Shown: positions 38,250 to 46,114 of the stretch, piece by piece
Layout: each line of letters opens with the position of its first letter
Position numbering within the stretch: the stretch's first letter is position 1
IMG/VR virus record: IMGVR_UViG_3300008110_000071
Location: 1-54,883 of that record
DNA length: 54,883 nt
Source of the DNA: a virus
Lineage: Duplodnaviria > Caudoviricetes
Reading direction: 5' to 3' (one strand)
Program-made: the position numbers and the translations under genes
Notes under the pieces: model-generated
Databases searched by the model: none
The model's input: the letters and a program-made list of their open reading frames with translations, nothing else
What the model was told of the DNA's origin: nothing

Positions 38250-38441
38250 TTACATCACCAGTAGCCAATCCTGGTCATTGTGTACATTAACCCAGAAGAA
38301 GTTCTTGCCATTCATAGAACGCAAGAATACTCTATCACCTTTGTGCTGTTCAATGATACAATGTGGGCAGGATTGCATTTGGTTAGCCATCCTGTTTTTA
38401 GCCTTTTTGCTGATGGGTTGAACTGAAATCATCGGAGCCAT
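38250..38441 (-). CDS. Conserved cyanophage micro-ORF
   Basis: VQPISKKAKNRMANQM...IIEQ...FLRSMNG.NFFWV...D.DW. Confidence 0.7.
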   Translation of the reverse strand: MAPMISVQPISKKAKNRMANQMQSCPHCIIEQHKGDRVFLRSMNGKNFFWVNVHNDQDWLLVM

Positions 38442-38562
38442 GATGTTAGTTTGCGGTTAGCAACACTCAGTAGCTTAGCAATAACCAGCAGTGCAATGAG
38501 TTCGGCTGTCACAATCTGTAATAATGTAGTGAAAAGGGGGAATTGCTTCCCCCTAGATCCTA

Positions 38563-38826
38563 TCACACGGTGACAGGCTTCAGTTCTTCAGTCTTGCGAG
38601 CGTCTGCAATAGTAGAACCAATGCTTACAGTCTTCAGGATCTCATCGTTAGTCATAAGATCACTCAGGAACTGAGCATATGACTCGGTAGCAGTAAAGTT
38701 ATAGGCTTTGTCAGGATTGCTGTGGTAAGTGATAATAATATCAGTGTTGTCTACAGTGATAGAGTTAATAGCACTGGACTGTTCTTTGGTGAATGAACGA
38801 TGAACAGAAGCGATTGCAGTTGCCAT
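38563..38826 (-). CDS. KTSC-like domain protein
   Basis: SSAINSI.VD...IIITYHS....Y.F...SIG pattern. Confidence 0.5.
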   Translation of the reverse strand: MATAIASVHRSFTKEQSSAINSITVDNTDIIITYHSNPDKAYNFTATESYAQFLSDLMTNDEILKTVSIGSTIADARKTEELKPVTV

Positions 38827-38853
38827 GATGTTTGTGCTTGGTGTACGGTTAAT

Positions 38854-38882
38854 AATTTACAGGATGGGGCTCAGTCTGTCAA
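38854..38882 (-). promoter_or_regulatory. sigma70 early promoter
   Basis: TTGACA-N17-TAAATT. Confidence 0.75.
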
Positions 38883-38907
38883 GCCCCTGATTGATTAGTA
38901 ATACTAA

Positions 38908-39042
38908 TCAGAACTCGATTTCGTCTAGTGTGGGTTCCGACATAGTATCATCAGACTCATCTGCTAGCATGTTGAGAATACTAAGAATCTCGTTGCCAGT
39001 TTGACCCTTACGAAGCATTGAAATTAGCAGTGCTTTAGACAT
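38908..39042 (-). CDS. Micro-ORF, 44 aa (absent from track)
   Basis: MSKALLISMLRKGQTGNEILSILNMLADESDDTMSEPTLDEIEF. Confidence 0.6.
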   Translation of the reverse strand: MSKALLISMLRKGQTGNEILSILNMLADESDDTMSEPTLDEIEF

Positions 39043-39048
39043 AATAAT

Positions 39049-39177
39049 TCAGAAGTCGATGTTAGAGTTAATAAATTGACGAAAGTTTGCTTCACTTTCA
39101 TCATCATCAGCAGCAGGAATTAGTAAATCATCCTGCCACTCAGTTTCAAGATCAACAAAGTCGTAGGTGGTTTCCAT
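39049..39177 (-). CDS. Acidic micro-ORF, 42 aa (absent from track)
   Basis: METTYDFVDLETEWQDDLLIPAADDDESEANFRQFINSNIDF. Confidence 0.6.
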   Translation of the reverse strand: METTYDFVDLETEWQDDLLIPAADDDESEANFRQFINSNIDF

Positions 39178-39186
39178 TGTTAATAA

Positions 39187-39360
39187 TCAACCTTCAAGAA
39201 GTTCAGGGTAATGATCACTAATTTCAGTGATCAGTTCTTCAGCAGTATAACCCTCAAAGCAATTCACCAGCATGTCGTATGCGTACTGTTCAAGAGTTTT
39301 CATGTCCATGCTGTCCAGAATTTGCTGGGCGTAGGCATCAATCAGATCAGAACGGTTCAT
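39187..39360 (-). CDS. Acidic micro-ORF, 57 aa (absent from track)
   Basis: MNRSDLIDAYAQQILDSMDMKTLEQYAYDML...YPELLEG. Confidence 0.7.
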   Translation of the reverse strand: MNRSDLIDAYAQQILDSMDMKTLEQYAYDMLVNCFEGYTAEELITEISDHYPELLEG

Positions 39361-39383
39361 TGGTTCAGGTGGTGAACAATAAT

Positions 39384-39412
39384 AATTTACCAGGGCTGGG
39401 GGCTGGAGTCAA
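39384..39412 (-). promoter_or_regulatory. sigma70 early promoter
   Basis: TTGACT-N17-TAAATT. Confidence 0.75.
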
Positions 39413-39424
39413 CCCCCTGATTGA

Positions 39425-39604
39425 TTAGTGTTGCTTATGGTTAATATCTAAGGCACCATATTTGTTTAGTTTGCCTGCACAAGGCTTGTTGTCATAAACT
39501 CCAAAATAATACTTGCCGATACTAATACCGAATTGTTCGTCGCCTTGATTAGCCTTGGTGTTTGCACCAATGTAGAAGAGTTTGGAATCAAGTGAGAATT
39601 TCAT
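39425..39604 (-). CDS. Micro-ORF (start revised to ATG 39604)
   Basis: Track start lies inside promoter; leader GTTCACCACCGAACCC precedes MKFSLDSK. Confidence 0.6.
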   Translation of the reverse strand: MKFSLDSKLFYIGANTKANQGDEQFGISIGKYYFGVYDNKPCAGKLNKYGALDINHKQH

Positions 39605-39626
39605 GGGTTCGGTGGTGAACGAGTTA

Positions 39627-39655
39627 AGTATGGCATGGATGGGGGCTGGAGTCAA
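39627..39655 (-). promoter_or_regulatory. sigma70 early promoter
   Basis: TTGACT-N17-CATACT. Confidence 0.7.
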
Positions 39656-39684
39656 CCCCCTGAATGATTAGCGTTGCTTATCGG

Positions 39685-39882
39685 TTAAGCTTCATTGTAA
39701 ATGATAGTGCTAATACACCAACCAAAACAATCAGAGATTGCATCAGTCAGGTATTCTTCATCATCAACTTCCCATACTTTTTGCTTTGCTTCTTCAACAA
39801 TAGCCTGTTGATAATCCACAGAAGGAAACTCATCGTCTTCCATCTCAAAATCAAACTCAATGTGAGCGACTTGGAACTGCAT
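39685..39882 (-). CDS. Acidic micro-ORF (start revised to ATG 39882)
   Basis: MQFQVAHIEFDFE...WEVDDEEYLTDAISDCFGWCI. Confidence 0.7.
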   Translation of the reverse strand: MQFQVAHIEFDFEMEDDEFPSVDYQQAIVEEAKQKVWEVDDEEYLTDAISDCFGWCISTIIYNEA

Positions 39883-39905
39883 GGGTTTGGGTGGTGAACG
39901 ATTCA

Positions 39906-39934
39906 AGTATGGCCTGAATTGGGTCAGGAGTCAA
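39906..39934 (-). promoter_or_regulatory. sigma70 early promoter
   Basis: TTGACT-N17-CATACT. Confidence 0.7.
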
Positions 39935-39955
39935 GCCCTGGAATGATAATAATCT

Positions 39956-40177
39956 CTAATCAATCATATTAGTACTGATAAGTGATTCTAATAGATTGGC
40001 ATTGATAAAGCTTTCTAGATGGGTCAGCTGTTCGCCATCCATAGAGGTTACATATTCCTCAATGATTTGTTCCATTAGTTTATAGTTATTACTATAAAGT
40101 TCTTCTGTTAATACTTCAATCATCTCATCTTGTTTCATGGATGGGCTGAAGAATTGTACCACGTCAGGGTAGTGCAT
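39956..40177 (-). CDS. Acidic micro-ORF
   Basis: Preceded by promoter at 40202-40230. Confidence 0.65.
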   Translation of the reverse strand: MHYPDVVQFFSPSMKQDEMIEVLTEELYSNNYKLMEQIIEEYVTSMDGEQLTHLESFINANLLESLISTNMID

Positions 40178-40201
40178 GTGGGGTGTCTCAGTGACATATG
40201 T

Positions 40202-40230
40202 AATATACCTGATCCTGGGCGGCCTGTCAA
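40202..40230 (-). promoter_or_regulatory. sigma70 early promoter
   Basis: TTGACA-N17-TATATT. Confidence 0.75.
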
Positions 40231-40353
40231 GGGGTCTTTGATTAGTAATGCTAATGGATGGCCTCGGAGGGATTTGGAATGCTTATATTAGTGATACTTA
40301 TCGGTGGCCTCGAAATGATTTGGAGTTCTTATGAGTTTTTTGGGCCGGGGGGC

Positions 40354-40382
40354 TTGACAATTTCGGCGGGGTGTGATATACT
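40354..40382 (+). promoter_or_regulatory. Near-consensus + strand promoter firing into non-coding DNA
   Basis: TTGACA-N17-TATACT with extended TG. Confidence 0.8.
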
Positions 40383-40554
40383 GCGGGCCAAGACCGCTGC
40401 ACCTCCGAACATTTCAGATACTTTCTCTGACATACTCGGAAACATAGGATATAAGGTTAATAATTCTAGGCATACAGGGTATAAGGTTAATAATTTCTAA
40501 CTCATACTCACTACGTATAACACACAAACATATATTTTTTATTACATTTAATAA

Positions 40555-41169
40555 TTACACTAAATCATACATACCATTCCGCAATACATCTATCCATCTA
40601 TTCAATCCATCAATAATTCTTTGATCTGTTTCCTTTGTTAGATAATAATCTTGAATATACTTTATCTTTGCTTGTACATATACTTCATGTGCTTCTTCTG
40701 GTGTTTGATAATAACCTAGTGAAACATACTTACCATTCATTTTAATGCGTGATCGAAAGAGTTTAACTTGTTTACCTTTATTAGGATGTTTAACTACTCC
40801 AATAGGATATTTTCCTCTATTTGCAGTTGATTTAATTAGTAATTTATTTAATTCATCTGATACGTATACACATTTATCTGGTCCATAGACTTTATTCCCT
40901 GGATAGATAATATCTTTATCTAATTCTAATCCCTCTGTATAATTTTGTTGATTATGCCAGGCTTTGAAGTTAGAGAATTTGTGCCATTCTGGTGCTACAG
41001 TACAACCAGCATAGGTTGGTCTAGTCATTTGGTATTCTTCAGAATAACAACGCCTGAGCATTCCATGCCAATTAGCATATTCTCTACGTACTATTATTTT
41101 TGCATTGATTTTAGAAGTCACTGTGCAGTCAACATCATTGATTCCTACACCATAAACTAATTTTGTCAT
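40555..41169 (-). CDS. HNH-like endonuclease with C-terminal AP2 domain (homing-endonuclease type)
   Basis: YGVGIND, W.GML.RCY, PTY..CTV..EW..FSNF, ELDKDI..GNKVYGPDKC, LGYY.TPEEAH..Y. Confidence 0.8.
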   Translation of the reverse strand: MTKLVYGVGINDVDCTVTSKINAKIIVRREYANWHGMLRRCYSEEYQMTRPTYAGCTVAPEWHKFSNFKAWHNQQNYTEGLELDKDIIYPGNKVYGPDKCVYVSDELNKLLIKSTANRGKYPIGVVKHPNKGKQVKLFRSRIKMNGKYVSLGYYQTPEEAHEVYVQAKIKYIQDYYLTKETDQRIIDGLNRWIDVLRNGMYDLV

Positions 41170-41180
41170 AATAATAATAA

Positions 41181-41534
41181 TCAGTGTTTGTTTTGGTTCA
41201 TTTTTTCGATTCTTCGGATGATTTCTGCTTGTTCATCCTCTCTATCTGCATCTTGTCTTCTCTTTTTCTTATAGTTCTCTACTCTATCTCTTTCTGCTTG
41301 TAGTCTTTCTGCTTGTCTTTGATTCAGTTGTTGTTGTTTCTGTTGTACATCTTCACCTAGCTTATACTCTCTTGGGCCTTGGTTTGGATTCTCTTCATTG
41401 TACTTTCTGATTGCTTCAGCACCATGGCCTCCTTGTTTCTTTATAAGATCCATGATATGCTTCTTAGAGTACAGTGGCTTTGGTTTCTTATCCTTCTTCT
41501 TTGCTTCTTCTAGGAACTGTTTAAACGTAATCAT
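41181..41534 (-). CDS. Putative internal head protein (start revised to ATG 41534)
   Basis: MITFKQFLEEA N-terminus; late promoter ATAAATA at 41559-41565. Confidence 0.6.
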   Translation of the reverse strand: MITFKQFLEEAKKKDKKPKPLYSKKHIMDLIKKQGGHGAEAIRKYNEENPNQGPREYKLGEDVQQKQQQLNQRQAERLQAERDRVENYKKKRRQDADREDEQAEIIRRIEKMNQNKH

Positions 41535-41608
41535 GATTGATCTAAACATGGTTAATTCTATTTATTTTCGGGTTTAGGTTAGGTTGGGTGGAGGTGGGGG
41601 TTTTAGGG

Positions 41609-41749
41609 TTAAAAAGTGGGTTTTTTCTGTGATGGATACTTGGCTTTGATATGGTTCAGTGATTGTCTACGTGCCTTGAGTTTGGCTTTTGACATGCCTT
41701 TGGTGGTTTTTGGCTTGTTAGAGTGGTGTTGCCAATTTGGAGTGTTCAT
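41609..41749 (-). CDS. Small basic ORF, 46 aa (absent from track)
   Basis: MNTPNWQHHSNKPKTTKGMSKAKLKARRQSL... Confidence 0.55.
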   Translation of the reverse strand: MNTPNWQHHSNKPKTTKGMSKAKLKARRQSLNHIKAKYPSQKKPTF

Positions 41750-41801
41750 TAGTCTGCTGAATATAAAAATGCGGAACTGAAAGTATCAATTCCGCAGATG
41801 C

Positions 41802-41939
41802 TTATTTAGTTGGAGTAGAGATCATTTCTAGTCCATCTTCCAGTGATGTATTCTTTGGAAACTTAATATAGGTATGAAGTGTGCCAAAGATTTTGATGGT
41901 CTTGGGCTTTGGATTGTGGTGATAGGGTTTCTTGCTCAT
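41802..41939 (-). CDS. Small ORF, 45 aa (absent from track)
   Basis: MSKKPYHHNPKPKTIKIFG...; overlaps stop of upstream gene. Confidence 0.4.
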   Translation of the reverse strand: MSKKPYHHNPKPKTIKIFGTLHTYIKFPKNTSLEDGLEMISTPTK

Positions 41940-42241
41940 AGTGCTTGTACCTCTTCTAGAATGTTGTTAATGTCTTGTTCATCACGATGACCTAATACAT
42001 CATCAGTGATTGGTGTATCATAGGTGAGTTCCCAATCATCTTCTGTGCCTTTTAGAATGGCAACTTCATACAGATCATCTTGGAAACCATAGGAACCAGG
42101 AAACCTGACTACAGAAACACCATAACCATTAGGGAAAAAGTGTTTAGCTTGAATACCATCTTCTTTGTAGTGAGGATGAGGCTGGAAGTTCAGTTCAGTG
42201 AAGTTCATTTGCAGTGATGATGATTGGGGTACTTGGTGCAA
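41936..42241 (-). CDS. Conserved phage hypothetical protein (true start probably MNFTEL)
   Basis: FPNGYGVSVV..SYG...LYEVAIL...YDTPITDDVLGH. Confidence 0.8.
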   Translation of the reverse strand: MHQVPQSSSLQMNFTELNFQPHPHYKEDGIQAKHFFPNGYGVSVVRFPGSYGFQDDLYEVAILKGTEDDWELTYDTPITDDVLGHRDEQDINNILEEVQAL

Positions 42242-42559
42242 TACAGTTTGTGTACTGCTCTGTATTCAGTGTCGATTAGTTTGCCATTGTCACGAAGGAT
42301 TGCAAGTACATTCCATCCAATAATAAAACTGATTCCGCATAGAATAACTGGTACGTATTTCATGCGTTGTAGCCTTCTGATTTGAGTAGTGCACGACGTG
42401 CATCATAAGCATCAAATTGTGACTTGAATGTTGCTACCTTTTGGAATGGTTCTAGTCTGTAAATAGACCATTTAGTTGAACCAATCTCTTGCATAATCCT
42501 GTACGGATTATCAATGCCAAGTGGGTAGGGTTTCATTTGGGTCCCTTGACTACCTTTAC

Positions 42560-42588
42560 AGATTAACCGATTTGCGGTGGCATGTCAA
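42560..42588 (-). promoter_or_regulatory. sigma70 early promoter
   Basis: TTGACA-N17-TAATCT. Confidence 0.65.
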
Positions 42589-42787
42589 CCTCTGACTCAT
42601 TAGCTTTCCTGATGCGTGCGGAACGTTTCCGCATTTCATACTGATGGTTCCGTGTGAAAGAGTAAACAATCACAACAAGTGCTCCAGCTAATCCAGCAAC
42701 TGCTGCGATTGCATTCACTTCAGTCGGAAAAGTAGTAGCTTCAATCATTAGTAATCGTTTCGATGTGGTCAAGACAGAGTGTAACAT
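42563..42787 (-). CDS. Small membrane protein
   Basis: Hydrophobic AIAAVAGLAGALVVIVY. Confidence 0.5.
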   Translation of the reverse strand: MLHSVLTTSKRLLMIEATTFPTEVNAIAAVAGLAGALVVIVYSFTRNHQYEMRKRSARIRKANESEVDMPPQIG

Positions 42788-43034
42788 AGGTTTGATCTTC
42801 TTCGATCAATTCACGATACTCTGCATACAGAGCATCAGCGATTCGGAAGTTCTTGTGCTTTGTTTTGTAGGTCTTAGCCTTTACTGCACGTTTGTTGAAC
42901 TTTTCCAGTCTATCTAGTGCATTCATATGAGAAAGATAGATTGAAAAATCAGTGTCGTTCATAATGTGGGTCTCCTTTCCCCTCAAGTGATTTTGCAAGA
43001 AGTTCAGCATACTTCTCCAGATATGCTGTATCAT
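42741..43034 (-). CDS. Hypothetical protein (true start probably MNDTDF)
   Basis: GGAG RBS before MNDTDF; promoter TTGACA-N18-TATGAT at 43030-43059. Confidence 0.5.
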   Translation of the reverse strand: MIQHIWRSMLNFLQNHLRGKETHIMNDTDFSIYLSHMNALDRLEKFNKRAVKAKTYKTKHKNFRIADALYAEYRELIEEDQTYVTLCLDHIETITND

Positions 43035-43100
43035 AGGCTGCTAGATGGTTCTTTGTCAACTCATTGTGCATGTTGCTAAGGTTGATCCAGTCTTCATCGT

Positions 43101-43733
43101 TCATAGTTCTAGGTCTACGTAATTTAACTCACCCAAACCAATATATTCTACATCATTGTGTATGGTGTGATGATTAACATGCCAATGACCATGAATGAAT
43201 AGATCTGGTTTGTGGATGTGTATGATATTATCAAGAAACTGACGAGTGATTGAAGTATCGTCAAATTTCGTTATGTTATGATTCGCACACACTATGTATG
43301 TTAGGCTTTCTGGCATTTCATGTGCAACAATGACAGCTGGCTTGAGCTTTTCATACTCATCATACATCTTTAATAATTTTGAATATGATAATTCTTCATC
43401 GGGCCACCAGTCATAACCTTCTGTTCGGTAGTGAGAATCAATAGACTTTGCACCACCAACACAGAAGATCTTATCATGGACTATAGTACCATCAGGTATC
43501 CAGAATGGATGTGTGTTACATACATTTGGATTATCATGATTGCCACGAATAAAGCGATGATCACCTTTCTTCATGGAATCATATGGTGGATTGGAGTGAA
43601 CTGCCTCAGTGATCTTACTAATAAAGCCCACTCCAAAGTCACCAACCTGAATAGAAGTATCGCAGTCATTGATGATCTTCTTGTATTGTTTCCATTTACC
43701 ATGAACATCACCAATGAAGCGAATACTTTTCAT
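43101..43733 (-). CDS. Calcineurin-like metallophosphoesterase
   Basis: GDVHG, QVGDFG, RGNHD, H, HGHWH. Confidence 0.9.
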   Translation of the reverse strand: MKSIRFIGDVHGKWKQYKKIINDCDTSIQVGDFGVGFISKITEAVHSNPPYDSMKKGDHRFIRGNHDNPNVCNTHPFWIPDGTIVHDKIFCVGGAKSIDSHYRTEGYDWWPDEELSYSKLLKMYDEYEKLKPAVIVAHEMPESLTYIVCANHNITKFDDTSITRQFLDNIIHIHKPDLFIHGHWHVNHHTIHNDVEYIGLGELNYVDLEL

Positions 43734-44059
43734 TTCTTAAACCATTTGTAGATACAATAGATGACAAAACCAATGATAGCAATCAAGATTACATATCGAA
43801 ATACATAAACTGCCATCATTGCACCGAAGAGCAATATCCAGAACATGCCACCATCAGATGAACCAGAAGAATAACTGGATCCAGAACTGGATGATGAAGA
43901 AGGTGAACTGATAGGATTACAGGTAACAACCTCCTTTGCACCATAAGTTGATTTAACTTGTGCAATAGCATCTTGTCGTACAATGCCTGGTGTCTCAATC
44001 TCAACATTCTGTAGAACATTAGATTGAGTTCGGATTGTTGCTCTCCAGAGTTGTGCCAT
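43730..44059 (-). CDS. Hypothetical membrane protein
   Basis: Ser-rich linker and hydrophobic C-terminus. Confidence 0.65.
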   Translation of the reverse strand: MAQLWRATIRTQSNVLQNVEIETPGIVRQDAIAQVKSTYGAKEVVTCNPISSPSSSSSSGSSYSSGSSDGGMFWILLFGAMMAVYVFRYVILIAIIGFVIYCIYKWFKK

Positions 44060-44239
44060 GTCAGCGACTCATGCGATAGATGATACAACGCTTGAACTCT
44101 TGCCATTCAGTATCACTAAAATTGTCGCTAGCATAAGGAATGCCAACATCAGAGGCACATTGCTTTGCAACACTTTCAGGAACAGGAGTCGATAGGAAAT
44201 CATACTGAACGATTGTAGCCAGGAGAAAAGGAAGCATGA

Positions 44240-44473
44240 TCAGACAGCGTATTCGGAAGGTTCAAAACGATCAACCCAAAGAGTAAAAAACAACTCTTGA
44301 AGGGTATCTAGTGTTGCTTGCCGTTGGACAATTTCATTATCAAGAGTAAGAGATGCAAATGATTCAGAAGAAGGAATTGCAAAGTTGAATGCTTCTTGTG
44401 CATTTGTCAGAACCTCAACCATCATTTCATGTTGAGATTCAGTGAGTGTAACCGTGATGTTGCCAGTTTCCAT
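44240..44473 (-). CDS. Hypothetical protein
   Basis: In operon; ITVTLTE start. Confidence 0.55.
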   Translation of the reverse strand: METGNITVTLTESQHEMMVEVLTNAQEAFNFAIPSSESFASLTLDNEIVQRQATLDTLQELFFTLWVDRFEPSEYAV

Positions 44474-44479
44474 GATAAA

Positions 44480-44716
44480 TCAGTTTTTGTTTACAGTAAC
44501 AAGGCCAGAGAATACAAGTCGAACACCTAGAATGATGCCCCAGACTTGCCAAAGAGTGAGTACAGTGTAGTTGAACAAGTTCACTAGAATCCAGTGAACA
44601 ATCCATGCTACAGGAATCATGAGCAGTGCACTCAAAGCGAATGCAAATACTGCAACGATAATGATTCCTATGAATGTACCTAGCAATTCTGGCCAGGTAT
44701 AGTTTTGGTTGTCCAT
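44480..44716 (-). CDS. Small membrane protein
   Basis: Two hydrophobic segments; promoter TTGACA-N17-TATTGT at 44767-44795. Confidence 0.65.
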   Translation of the reverse strand: MDNQNYTWPELLGTFIGIIIVAVFAFALSALLMIPVAWIVHWILVNLFNYTVLTLWQVWGIILGVRLVFSGLVTVNKN

Positions 44717-44822
44717 GCGTTTGCGTCGTCGTGTGTAGGTCAGAGAACCTCCGTGTCAACAAAGACACAATAGGTCAAATTGGCTGGGCTGTCAAGTGGT
44801 ATGTGACAGCCCGTGAACTGGC

Positions 44823-46064
44823 TCAGTCAACATAGTACTCAGGTGGGATGCCCTGCCTGAATACGAAGTCTACCACACTCTGGAGCCGCTGCTGGGTGTT
44901 CTTGCCATAGTTCTTGTGAACTGGCACAGTCACGAAGCCATATGATTTCCGATAGGATAGATAATCACCAGGAGTGAGTACACCATTGGCCATATCTTGT
45001 GCATCTTCTCTATCCACACGAATAACTCGGCCAATAGTTTGACACATTTCAATGACGTTGAGATTTCGCAGCAGCACAGAGTGGGTGAGCCCTGGGCAGT
45101 TGATGCCTTCACTCAAAATAGAATAGTGAAATAGTACAAACTTCTTATGCTTGTCTTGACCCCATTTAGTCATGGTATCAAAGAATACTTCACGATTCAC
45201 TTTCTTGTCATTGACATATGCACCTTCCTTTGATGTGATGTGCATAATCTCATAGCCACGTTGCTTGAATTGATTCATGACATCAGTTCGGAATAGCATC
45301 TGGCATAAAACCTTGGTACTAGGTGCAGCAACTAGTACTTTTTGAGCTTTATTTTCGTCTAGGCCATCAAGGATAGATAATAACGTTTTAGCATCATGTT
45401 TTGCTGCATTATCTTTGTCACGCTCACCATCTACTTCATGGATTTGCACCATAGGAGGAATGATGCTACCATTCTCGATCAGTTCAGGTGCAGGTACATT
45501 CTCGATCACCTGACCAAACACAATAGAGTTATTCATGCCACGACCTTTAGGACTTTGTGACAGTTTAGGTGTAGCAGTAAAATAATATGCAGACTCTGCA
45601 TGTTGTGACATCATTGCAGTAGAAACAAAGAAGTCTCGCTTACAGGCATTGTGAGCCTCATCGAAGTAGACTGTATCAATGTGTATTCCACTATCGACAA
45701 CACGATGAAGAGAATGATAAGTAGTGAAAAGTAATTGGTGTTCATTGTTAGATTTAACCATGTTGTGGAACATGGTGAGATGATCAGGATTGGTTGTAGA
45801 ATAATGCTTGGTCTCACCAGAATGAATGTGAGCAACTACAGCATTTTTAATATCTTGTGTGAACTCTGCACATAATTGATTCGCAAGCAAGATGCGAGGA
45901 GCAACAATCAGTGCAGTGAATGGTTTGTCTGATTCTTCTAATCTACGCATGAGATCACGAATCATAATCAGAGTTTTGCCACCACCAGTGGGAACGTAGA
46001 CCTGGCCCATACGAACCAGTTCCATCTTGGTGAGGCTTCGGGCTTGGTGGGGACGGAGCTTCAT
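44823..46064 (-). CDS. SF2 DEAH helicase (Res-subunit-like); start revised to ATG 46064
   Basis: LRPHQ, PTGGGKT, DEAH, TATP, LSEGIN, QTIGRVIR. Confidence 0.9.
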   Translation of the reverse strand: MKLRPHQARSLTKMELVRMGQVYVPTGGGKTLIMIRDLMRRLEESDKPFTALIVAPRILLANQLCAEFTQDIKNAVVAHIHSGETKHYSTTNPDHLTMFHNMVKSNNEHQLLFTTYHSLHRVVDSGIHIDTVYFDEAHNACKRDFFVSTAMMSQHAESAYYFTATPKLSQSPKGRGMNNSIVFGQVIENVPAPELIENGSIIPPMVQIHEVDGERDKDNAAKHDAKTLLSILDGLDENKAQKVLVAAPSTKVLCQMLFRTDVMNQFKQRGYEIMHITSKEGAYVNDKKVNREVFFDTMTKWGQDKHKKFVLFHYSILSEGINCPGLTHSVLLRNLNVIEMCQTIGRVIRVDREDAQDMANGVLTPGDYLSYRKSYGFVTVPVHKNYGKNTQQRLQSVVDFVFRQGIPPEYYVD

Positions 46065-46085
46065 GGGTGATGAACGAATGGGTCT

Positions 46086-46114
46086 ATCGTACCATGGAGC
46101 CCCAGCCCTGTCAA
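46086..46114 (-). promoter_or_regulatory. sigma70 early promoter of helicase
   Basis: TTGACA-N17-TACGAT with TG. Confidence 0.75.

Larger units (their letters stand above)
33286..40302. promoter_or_regulatory. Dispersed 17-bp operator-like palindrome GATHAG-N5-CTDATC
   Basis: Copies, some with one mismatch, at 33286, 33303, 37991, 38893, 39423, 39666, 39977, 40240, 40286. Confidence 0.65.

Noticed and set aside
33311-38421. Many + strand ORFs in the GC-rich island
   Set aside because: Shadow frames caused by high GC; promoters, leaders and stops support the - strand
33320-40260. Integron cassette array
   Set aside because: Hairpins lack attC RYYYAAC/GTTRRRY ends, cassettes carry their own promoters, and no integrase is seen
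40258-40500. 80-aa + strand ORF
   Set aside because: Spans the promoter at 40354 and the direct repeats; no RBS
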